This document shows positions 30,169-38,000 of a stretch of DNA of 64,000 nt, piece after piece; position 1 is the stretch's first letter; each line of letters opens with the position of its first letter. Origin of the DNA: Candidatus Flavonifractor intestinipullorum. Its GTDB lineage: Bacteria > Bacillota > Clostridia > Oscillospirales > Oscillospiraceae. The notes beneath the pieces were generated by a model. It saw nothing but the letters and a program-made list of their open reading frames with translations. It made no database searches and was not told where the DNA came from. The stretch spans positions 73,557 through 137,556 of the forward strand of contig DWYC01000053.1 in the NCBI GenBank assembly GCA_019118925.1. The letters run 5' to 3'. The position numbers were made by a program, and so were the translations under genes.

Positions 30169-31074
30169 CTAGGAAAACAGATTGGTAAAGTCGTTCCAGG
30201 TGTCGGAGGCCCAGCCGCTGACGTCGTCCCACGCGTCCTCCGCCCAGTCGCTGGCCGCATCCCAGGCGTCCGAGGCGGCGTTGCTGGCATCCTCCCATAC
30301 GTCCCCGGCCCAGTCGCAGGTGCTCTCCCACAGGTCGGCCACCGCCGCCCCCACATCGGAGGCCGTCTCGGCCACCCACTGGGTCAGCGCCACGCCGCCG
30401 TCGATCACCCAGTCGCTGATGTCCTCGCCGGTCAGGACCTCCACCGCCCAGTCGGCCACCGTGTAGACCACCGAGATGGCCACGCCGGGGATGCCGCCCG
30501 CCAGGATCGCCACGCCGGCCACAATGCCGTCAAAGGCCGTCTGGCCGATGGTCTCCAGATACAGCAGCGGGTTGGAGAGGTCTGCGCCGAACTCCTCCAG
30601 GTTGTCGTTGATGTTGTCCAGGAGAGAGAACACCGCCCCCACCCATCCGGGAATCAGGTCGTCCAGCAGGTCCATGCTCACGCCGCCCAGCATGGAGAAA
30701 AAGTCGTAGGTATTGTCCAGCAGGTCCTGCCACCAGGAGGCGCTGTTTCCGGTGGGGTCTCCCGCCACCGCGCCTCCGCCCACGTCCTTGACTCCCCAGG
30801 TCTGCCGCAGGATATCCGACTCGGCGGCCCGGTAGCGCTCCATTGCCCGGGAAATGCCCGCGGCCAGGCGGTAGGCGTCCCCGCTCTGCTCCTCCAGGAC
30901 CCGGATGCTCCGCTCCATCCGCCGCTCCAGGTCCTCCCGGCAGCGGATCTGGAAGTCCAGGCGCAGGTAAACCTGCCGGGCCTGGTCCCGCAGGTCCTCC
31001 AGCGTGCGCCCCGCCTCCGTGAGGGCGGAGTTGCCCGCGCCGGCGGCCTGGGGATAGACTTTGTACTGCGCCAC
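30169..31074 (-). CDS. Putative T7SS substrate: WXG100-like N-terminus, hydrophobic core, Trp/Asp 11-mer repeat tail
   Basis: GTG 31074 with GAGGTG RBS; helical N-terminal ~95 aa ending in YRAAE (YxxxE); Gly/Ala hydrophobic segments; adjacent to DUF4176. Confidence 0.65.
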   Translation of the reverse strand: MAQYKVYPQAAGAGNSALTEAGRTLEDLRDQARQVYLRLDFQIRCREDLERRMERSIRVLEEQSGDAYRLAAGISRAMERYRAAESDILRQTWGVKDVGGGAVAGDPTGNSASWWQDLLDNTYDFFSMLGGVSMDLLDDLIPGWVGAVFSLLDNINDNLEEFGADLSNPLLYLETIGQTAFDGIVAGVAILAGGIPGVAISVVYTVADWAVEVLTGEDISDWVIDGGVALTQWVAETASDVGAAVADLWESTCDWAGDVWEDASNAASDAWDAASDWAEDAWDDVSGWASDTWNDFTNLFS

Positions 31075-31098
31075 TCGTCTCACCTCGTCTTTCTCTCA

Positions 31099-31133
31099 CG
31101 CCCCGGCGGGCGGACATGCCGCCCGCCGGGGCG
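31099..31133. other. Strong hairpin 3' of the Esx pair (mRNA stabiliser or partial terminator)
   Basis: CGCCCCGGCGGGCGG-acatg-CCGCCCGCCGGGGCG. Confidence 0.65.
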
Positions 31134-31141
31134 CCGCTCCA

Positions 31142-31456
31142 TCAAACGATCACGTCGGAGGACAGATTCCCGATCAGGTCCACATTGGCGCTGTTGGCCT
31201 CGTCATAGGCCTGGGCCATGTCGTTCAGGTCGGTGACGTGCTCCTGAATCATGCGGTTCATCTTCTGGATGTCGTCGTCCAGGCCCTTGAACTTATTAAT
31301 GTAGGCCTGGGCCGCCTCGCCCTCCCAGGCGGAGGAGAGGCCGGTGACCGTGTTGGTCATCTCGCTGGTGAGGCTGGCCACCTGCTGGCCCAGGGTGCTG
31401 AACTCGGAAGCCGTGCTGCGAAGCTGCTCAGTCGATACGTTAATGACGCCGTTCAT
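31142..31456 (-). CDS. WXG100 family protein (EsxA-like)
   Basis: 104 aa, AWEGEAA, helical hairpin pattern. Confidence 0.92.
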   Translation of the reverse strand: MNGVINVSTEQLRSTASEFSTLGQQVASLTSEMTNTVTGLSSAWEGEAAQAYINKFKGLDDDIQKMNRMIQEHVTDLNDMAQAYDEANSANVDLIGNLSSDVIV

Positions 31457-31501
31457 AAATAAATCCTCCTCTATTCCGGTTTATCCGGTCCTGAATGACG
31501 G

Positions 31502-31804
31502 TTACTGATAATTGCGGGTGGAGGCGATCTCCGTGTTGGCCGCCTCGGTGGTCTGGTACTTGGTGAGGATCTGCTCCAGGGCGTGGACATAGGCGATGAT
31601 GGCGTTGTAGAAATTGTCCATCTGCACTTTGTCCTGCTTGAAGGCCTTGTCGAAGGTGTCCTTCGCCTCACCCTCCCACATGGAGCAGAGCTGTCCCTCG
31701 GTGCTCTCCAGATTGTTGACCGCGTTCTTAAAGTCGCCGGCCAGCTGGTTCAGGGTGTCCATCGCGGATTTGATCTGCTGAAACGTAACGGAATACTGGG
31801 CCAT
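31502..31804 (-). CDS. WXG100 family protein (EsxA-like)
   Basis: 100 aa, MWEGEAK, C-terminal YQTTE. Confidence 0.93.
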   Translation of the reverse strand: MAQYSVTFQQIKSAMDTLNQLAGDFKNAVNNLESTEGQLCSMWEGEAKDTFDKAFKQDKVQMDNFYNAIIAYVHALEQILTKYQTTEAANTEIASTRNYQ

Positions 31805-31873
31805 AATTCGTTCCTCCTCATAAAAATAACATGAATTTTAGGAAAATCTCCAGAACATGAGTTGCGCGCTTTG

Positions 31874-32230
31874 TCACATGCCGCGCCCGCCGCCGCCTCC
31901 GCCGCCCCGGCCGCTGCCGCCGTAGTCCCGGCGCTGGGCGATCTCCAGGGCGGCCCGCTCGGCCTCGTAGAGCCGCCGGGCGATGGTGCGGATGGTCTCG
32001 GCCTGCTCCTGCAGCTCCCGGGCGGTGGAGAGGATGTTCGAGCGCAGCTCCTCCTGCTTGTTTCGGAAGAGGTCGGCGCTCCGGCCGGTCCAGTAGGAGG
32101 GGAGCTCCTCCTGAGCGGAGCGGACCCGGTTGTTGGCCAGGGCCGTGAGCCGCTGGGCGATCTCCTCCAGTTGGCCGGCCTGCTGCCGGGCCTGGCCGAA
32201 GTCGAATTCAATCTGCCATGCTGTCTTCAT
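31874..32230 (-). CDS. WXG100 family protein with Gly-rich tail
   Basis: YWTGRSA; ends GGSGRGGGGGGGRGM. Confidence 0.85.
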   Translation of the reverse strand: MKTAWQIEFDFGQARQQAGQLEEIAQRLTALANNRVRSAQEELPSYWTGRSADLFRNKQEELRSNILSTARELQEQAETIRTIARRLYEAERAALEIAQRRDYGGSGRGGGGGGGRGM

Positions 32231-32241
32231 ACCGCCCCTCC

Positions 32242-32577
32242 TCAGATGATTACGTCGGAGCTCAAGGTCTCCGCCTCGGCCTGGGCGGCCCGCTCGGCCT
32301 CCTCATAGGCTTCGCCCATGGGCCGCAGCTCGTCCACATGCTCCTGAAGCCGGGCAAAGACCTCCTGGGCGGTCTCTTGGCAGCGCGCGCAGCTGCTCCG
32401 GTGCTGTTCGCCCGCCTCGCCCTTCCAGTAGCTGGCGCTGGCGGAGGCCAGGCGTTGCATCTCCTCAAAGCTGCGGCGCATTTCCGCGAGCACCTTCGCC
32501 CCCTCGGCGGCTTTGGCGAAGAGGACCTGCGGGTCCACCCGCAGCGTCACATCACCGCTCTTCCACAGTTCCGCCAT
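32242..32577 (-). CDS. WXG100 family protein
   Basis: LRVDPQ, YWKGEAG and YEEAE. Confidence 0.88.
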   Translation of the reverse strand: MAELWKSGDVTLRVDPQVLFAKAAEGAKVLAEMRRSFEEMQRLASASASYWKGEAGEQHRSSCARCQETAQEVFARLQEHVDELRPMGEAYEEAERAAQAEAETLSSDVII

Positions 32578-32580
32578 GGT

Positions 32581-32895
32581 TTACGCGCCTCCTTCCATTT
32601 GGATGGACGCGATGGTCTCGTACACCTCGTCCTCGCACCGGTCGTACTGCTCCCGGGCGTACTCCATACAGGAGATCAGGTCCCGTACCTCCCGGCACAG
32701 CGCTTCCATCCGGCTGTGGTCGGCGGCGAACTGGGCCTGAAACGCCCGGTTGGCCGGTCCGTCCCACATCTGGTCCAGCTCGCTCATGAGCTGGAACATC
32801 TCCTTGGTCCGGCGCTCCGCCTGGGTCACCGCCTCGGTCATGGAGCGGATGTCGGCCGCCAGGGCCTCGGTCTGAATCTCGATGCCGTTGGCCAT
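32581..32895 (-). CDS. WXG100 family protein
   Basis: MWDGPAN and YDRCE. Confidence 0.88.
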   Translation of the reverse strand: MANGIEIQTEALAADIRSMTEAVTQAERRTKEMFQLMSELDQMWDGPANRAFQAQFAADHSRMEALCREVRDLISCMEYAREQYDRCEDEVYETIASIQMEGGA

Positions 32896-32908
32896 TGTGT
32901 TCCCTCCC

Positions 32909-33253
32909 TTATCGGTTCAACATCGCCCGGATGTCGTCTAAATCCAGCGCTCCGCCCTCCCGGCGGGTGTAGCGCTCCGGTGTGCCCTCGTACTCGTCGC
33001 ACACGCGCCGCTCGCACTGGGCATAACAGCGGGCCGCTTCCGAAAGCGCTCTGGCGCTCTGGTAAGCCCACCAGCTCTGCTCCTCCAGGGCCGCTCCGGC
33101 CGTTCGGAGCCGTTTTTCGACCGCCTCCATCCCGGAGAGCTGTGTCAGATGGTGGAAAACACGGGTCAGCTCGCTGGACTCCTCCATCAGGCTCTCCCGG
33201 AGGGCCGTCATCTCCCGGCTCAGCTCCAGCAGGGGTTCCAGTTGGATCTCCAC
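32909..33253 (-). CDS. WXG100-like helical protein lacking the WxG motif
   Basis: 114 aa, helical, YAQCE; AAAGGAGG RBS; first gene of the array. Confidence 0.7.
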   Translation of the reverse strand: MEIQLEPLLELSREMTALRESLMEESSELTRVFHHLTQLSGMEAVEKRLRTAGAALEEQSWWAYQSARALSEAARCYAQCERRVCDEYEGTPERYTRREGGALDLDDIRAMLNR

Positions 33254-33279
33254 CGTATCTTCCTCCTTTCGATGGCACT

Positions 33280-33351
33280 ATCCTAGCACATCCCGCGCCC
33301 CGGCGGCCGTCCGTCCGACGAACGACCGCTCTTTTGGGATGAACGACCGCT
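33280..33351 (-). promoter_or_regulatory. LytTR-type direct-repeat site and extended -10 upstream of the WXG100 array
   Basis: GAACGACCGCT at 33320 and 33341 (21-bp period); TGC-TAGGAT -10 at 33288-33280 with no good -35. Confidence 0.7.
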
Positions 33352-33370
33352 TTTGTTCAAAATACAGCCC

Positions 33371-33619
33371 TCACACCAGGATCAGCCGCCCGCCGTCGGC
33401 AATGCCGTAGTCCCGAAGAGCGGCCTCCGGATGGAGGAGCACTCCCCCCTCGATCCAGCCCAGACACAGGGTCTCTCCCTGGGCAGGGAGCTGCCGCTTC
33501 TCCTTGCGGCAGAGCATCTCCACCATCTCCTCCAGCAGTGCGCCCACCGTGAGCGTCTCGTCCAGCTGGAAGTCGTAGCTCTGATTGAGGGCGGGGACAA
33601 CGAGCTCCACCATCATCAT
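33371..33619 (-). CDS. EsaB/YukD-like ubiquitin-fold T7SS protein
   Basis: 82 aa, SYDFQLD..TVGALLE..LRDYGIADGGRLILV pattern; T7SS context. Confidence 0.85.
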   Translation of the reverse strand: MMMVELVVPALNQSYDFQLDETLTVGALLEEMVEMLCRKEKRQLPAQGETLCLGWIEGGVLLHPEAALRDYGIADGGRLILV

Positions 33620-34299
33620 ATGATCTCCTCCTCCACCCCCTCGGGGGGCAATTGTACCGCTTCATACAGGTCGTTGGTCCGCACGGCCCCTTCCGCCGTC
33701 AGAATGAGGGCCTCCGGCGGCGGCGCGCACAGGAGCACCCGGCGCACCGCCCGGCGCCGGGTCGGGGACCAGAACTCCAGAAGGGTCCGGGCCCCGGGGA
33801 CCTCCTCCAGGAGGGCGGCGCCCCCCTTCTCCCATTCGGGGGCCCGGGCGGGTTCTTCCCGCCGCTGTCCGGCGGGGAACTCCCGGGCCAGGGGAGGGAG
33901 CGCGTCCCGCGCCGTGAGCTCCTCCGCCCAGTCCGCCCGGAGCCGGGAGAACAGGCGCACCGCCCCAGGCTGAACCAGCACCGGCTCGCAGCCGGTGATG
34001 CGGTCCTTTTTTCCGCTGTAGCACACCTGGGGCCGCTCCTCCGCCCGGGGCGTGAGGAAGGCCGCCCACTCCGGGTCCCGCAGCGGCTCCAGCAGATCCC
34101 GCACCGGGCTTGGCGGCACCTGAAATCCCTCCGGTCCGGCGGAGAGCAGCCCCTGCTCCACCAGGCGGTTGGCCGCAGCGAGCACCGCCCCCCGCTCCGG
34201 CGTCTTCCCGGCCCAGAAACCGTAGAGGGCCGCGCCCCCCGCCGCCGCCAGGAGGACGGCGAGCTCCTCAGAGGTCAAGATAAGATGCGTCTCCCTCAT
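33616..34299 (-). CDS. Putative EsaE/DUF5081 (EspG-like) T7SS chaperone
   Basis: LTSEELAVLL..ALYGF..AANRLVEQGLL resembles EsaE-type N-termini; ATGA-coupled to both neighbours; size ~227 aa. Confidence 0.5.
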   Translation of the reverse strand: MRETHLILTSEELAVLLAAAGGAALYGFWAGKTPERGAVLAAANRLVEQGLLSAGPEGFQVPPSPVRDLLEPLRDPEWAAFLTPRAEERPQVCYSGKKDRITGCEPVLVQPGAVRLFSRLRADWAEELTARDALPPLAREFPAGQRREEPARAPEWEKGGAALLEEVPGARTLLEFWSPTRRRAVRRVLLCAPPPEALILTAEGAVRTNDLYEAVQLPPEGVEEEII

Positions 34300-35015
34300 A
34301 TCTGCGCCGCCTTCCACGCCTTTACCGCCGGTTTATAGGTTCTGGACACCGGTACGGCGATATCTCCCTCCAGATCCAGGGTATTCCGGCTCAGATTGAC
34401 CCCCCGCAGGAAGGAGAGATTGACAATAAAACTCTTGTGACAGCGCAGGAACCCCTCGGGCAGACGGCCGGAGAGCTGTTCCAGCGTGTCGTAGAAGCCG
34501 TACTCCCGGCTGCGGGTGCGCAGATAGATGCGCTTTTCCCGGGATTCAAAGTAGAGAATCTCCCCAAAGGGCACCCGCCGGGTCTCCCCGCCGGTGGAAA
34601 AGACGAACTGCTCTCCGTCCGCTCCCCGGCGCTGCCGCCAGGCCAGGAGGACCTCCTCCATGGTTCGGGCCATGTCCCCCTCGTCCAGCGGCCGGAGCAT
34701 CAGCGCGGCGGCCAGAATGGTGGGCCGGATGTACTCCAGAGGGGAGAGGCTGCGCTCCACAATCAGGACCAGCAGGGCCTGCCGCCAGCGCTCCCGCAGG
34801 CGCTCGGCTACGGCCACCGCACCGGCCTGGGCCATATCCAGGCACACCACGTCCACCCCGTCGGCCCGGTTCAGCCGCCCCTCCAGCTCGGGCAGAGCGG
34901 CGCAGGAGAACCACTCCAGGTCCTCGCCGCTCGCCCGGGCGGCCAGGGCGCGGCACACCCGCTCCAGGCCCCGGCGCTCCTGGGCCGGGGCCGTGCACAC
35001 GGTAATCGAGAGCAT
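34296..35015 (-). CDS. LytTR family response regulator with an atypical receiver domain
   Basis: EILYFES, FLRCHKSFIVN and VPVSR (LytTR); the receiver keeps CLD but lacks the N-terminal acidic pair and has LRP in place of KP. Confidence 0.9.
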   Translation of the reverse strand: MLSITVCTAPAQERRGLERVCRALAARASGEDLEWFSCAALPELEGRLNRADGVDVVCLDMAQAGAVAVAERLRERWRQALLVLIVERSLSPLEYIRPTILAAALMLRPLDEGDMARTMEEVLLAWRQRRGADGEQFVFSTGGETRRVPFGEILYFESREKRIYLRTRSREYGFYDTLEQLSGRLPEGFLRCHKSFIVNLSFLRGVNLSRNTLDLEGDIAVPVSRTYKPAVKAWKAAQI

Positions 35016-35018
35016 AGG

Positions 35019-38000
35019 CTACCCCTTCCACTGGGGGAGGACCACCCGTTCGGCCTGACCGGGCCGGTCCGCCTGGGCGGCCAGCGCCTGGCCCGGCTTG
35101 GAGGCCCGGGCGCGCTCGGCGTAGGGGAGGTTGTCGAAGGAGAAGAGCTTCTGCCGGTCCACCTCGCCCCCCAGCAGCAGGCCCGTGTGGTAACCGACAA
35201 AGGCGTTGAACGCCCGGCGGCCGGTGTACTGCGCGGTCTTATCCGCGTCAAAGCCGGCAAAGAAGTAGATCTGATAAAGCTTGTTCTTGGACCAGATATT
35301 CTCCACCAGACCGCTCATCACCCCGATGCCGGCCTCGGGGTCGGCGGGGGCGTATACGTCGTCCAGATAGGCCCCCAGGTCGTGGATAAAGACATAGACC
35401 TTCTCCAGTCCGCCCATGGCCTGGAAAATCTCCTCGTCGGAGAGGCCCTTCTCGGTCAGGGGGCGCTTGTAGTCCAGACTGCGGCGCTCGTACTCGGGCT
35501 TGATGTCCTTCCAGAACTGGAAGAGGCCCTTCCGGCTGTTGATGTAGGCCGCGCCCAGGTCCTGGGCCTGCTTTTTGAGCTCTCCGGCGGGCGTGTCCCA
35601 CACCACCAGGCGCCCGCCCTTTTCCCTGGCGCTCTCCATAAGCAGGCGCAGGGCGGTGGTGCGCCCGGTGCGGGCCTTGCCCGCCACCAGATAACAGGCC
35701 GTCTGACTCAGGTCCACGGCGAACACCGACGCATCCTCCTCCCGGTAGCCCAGCGGGAGGCTGCGCTCGTCGGCAATCCGGGTCTGGAATTCCTCCAGAG
35801 CGCGCAGCTGGCTCCACACGGGTTTTTCGGGGATGGTGGGCACCGGCGCGGCTTGGCGCCCGGTCCAGGCCGCCGCCAGCGCCTGGCAGCGCTTCTCCAT
35901 GGCCGCCGAGCGCTGGTAGTCGTCCTCTCCCGGGGCGGGGAGCGCGGTCTGGAACTCCAGCACGCTTCCGCCCAGATTCACCAGACCCCGGCCCTTCACA
36001 TTGGCCTCGGGCAGGGTGGAAAAACGCATGGTCCGCAGCACGTCGCCGTATTTGAACTTGTCCCCCATCTCCAGGCAGAGGGTGGCGCGCAGGTTCTCCG
36101 CCAGGCGGGAGGGGATTTCAGCCGCGCCGAAGCCTCCCGCCGTCAGGCAGAGGTAGATGCCGCAGCTCACGCCCACGCTGGACAGGCGCAGAAGAACGGC
36201 GTCATAGGCATTGGCCGTCTTCTCCCGGAAGGCGGCGTACTGGTCGATGACCACCAGCACGGCGGGCAGCGTCTTGCCGTGGGCCTTCACATATTGGCGG
36301 TAGCCTCCGCCGGCCAGGAGCTTTTGCCGCTGCTGGGCCATGCGCTCCAGCATTCCGAAGAACTTCCGGATGCGCTCGGGGTCGCTGCCGTCCATCACCC
36401 CGCCCACGTGGGGCAGGTCCTGGAACACCGAGAGCTTTCCGGCGCTGAAGTCCAGGGCGTAGATATTCAGATGGTCGGGGCTGTAGCGGTTGACAAGGCC
36501 AAAGAGCAGAGTCTGAAGGAAGGTGCTCTTGCCGCTGTCCACCACGCCGCACAGGGCATAGTGGCCGTTGGCGGCGAAGTCCACGTGGAGGACGGGCTGA
36601 AGCTGGCTCTCCGGCGCGTCGCACAGGCCTACCGCCGTCTCCAGCGTCCACTCCGCGCCCTCGCCCGGCCAGCTTCCCGCAGGGGGGAGGCTCCCGCCCC
36701 AGAGCTGCTCCAGGGCCAGCTGCTCCGGCAGCGGCGGCAGCCACAGGCGCAGGCGGCTCTCACACCCCGTCTGGACGGCCTGGGCGGCCAAATACTCCAC
36801 CACCGCGTCCAGCTGGCTCTTTTCTTTCCACTCGGGGAGCTTCTCTCCCCGCGCCTCCAGCGCGCGGACCAGCGCCGCGGCCAGTTTTCCGCTCTCCAGG
36901 TCCCCCTGGGCGGGCCAGAGGTCCAGCATTTTGCCCAGCTGCACCCGGTTCCGGCGGGTGTCGGCGTAGGGGGCCGCGCCGGCGCAGAGGGCGGCGACGG
37001 CCTCATCCAGCAGTTTCTCCCGCTCCGCGCCCACCGGGTGGGCGGCGGGGGAGAGGCCCAGGCTCCGCCCGGCGGACTGGAGATACCCGGCCAGCAGGGC
37101 CGCCCAGGCCAGGCGCTGGCGCTCCTTGCGGCGGATCTCCGCCCGGCTGCCCGCCATGGCCGCCCGGCCGGTGGCGTCCAGCATCCGGGCCGTCTCCGTG
37201 CGGTTGCGGCGGGCCTCCGCGTCATAGCGGGCGCCGCTCCAGGCCGACTGGAAGAGCTCATAGACCTCGTCGTTGCCCACCTGGAGGTAACAGCGGCCCA
37301 CCTGGGTGATATAGGCCGCGTCGGGCTTGTGGAGCATCTCCACGCTGTCCTGCCGGTCCTGGACCCGCAGGCAGAGTTTAAAGCGGGTGTTGCTGCGGAT
37401 GTTGTCGTCCACGTTGCCCCCCGGCTTCTGGGTGGCGAGGATCAGGTGCACGCCCAGACTGCGGCCCACCTGGGCCACGCTGATGAGCTCCCGCATGAAG
37501 TCGGGCTCCTCCCGCTTGAGCTCGGCAAACTCGTCGATGACAATGAGCAGGTGGGGGATGGGTTCGCCGGCCTCCCGGTTTTTGAAGAGCTTGGTGTACG
37601 CGTCGATGTGGTTGACGCCGTACTCGCCAAAAATCCGCTGCCGGCGCAGGTTTTCGCTCTTGATGGAGACCATGGCCCGGCGGATCTGGCTGCCCGAGAG
37701 GTTGGAGATGATCCCGGCCGTGTGGGGCAGCTTGGCGAAGAGGTTGGCCATGCCGCCGCCCTTGAAGTCGATGAGCAGGAAGGCCACGTCCTGGGGGCTG
37801 AAATTGACCGCCAGGGACAGGATATAAGTCTGTAACGTCTCGCTCTTGCCCGAGCCGGTGGTACCCGCCAGCAGGCCATGGGGGCCGTGGTACTTCTCGT
37901 GCACGTCCAGGTAGCAGTCTGCGCCCCCCGCCTTGCGCCCCACCGGGGCCCGCAGGCTCTCATAGGTCCGGTTTTTCTTCCAGCGCCCGGCCACATCCAG

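Noticed and set aside
30172-30333. 33-bp-period DNA repetition that could suggest a CRISPR array
   Set aside because: Degenerate, in frame and explained by the protein's 11-residue repeats; no constant repeat/unique spacer pattern and no cas genes.
27152-37835. Long plus-strand ORFs (27152-30172, 34437-37835; likewise 24153-26405) opposite the T7SS genes
   Set aside because: They mirror well-supported minus-strand genes and show no recognisable domains or RBS.
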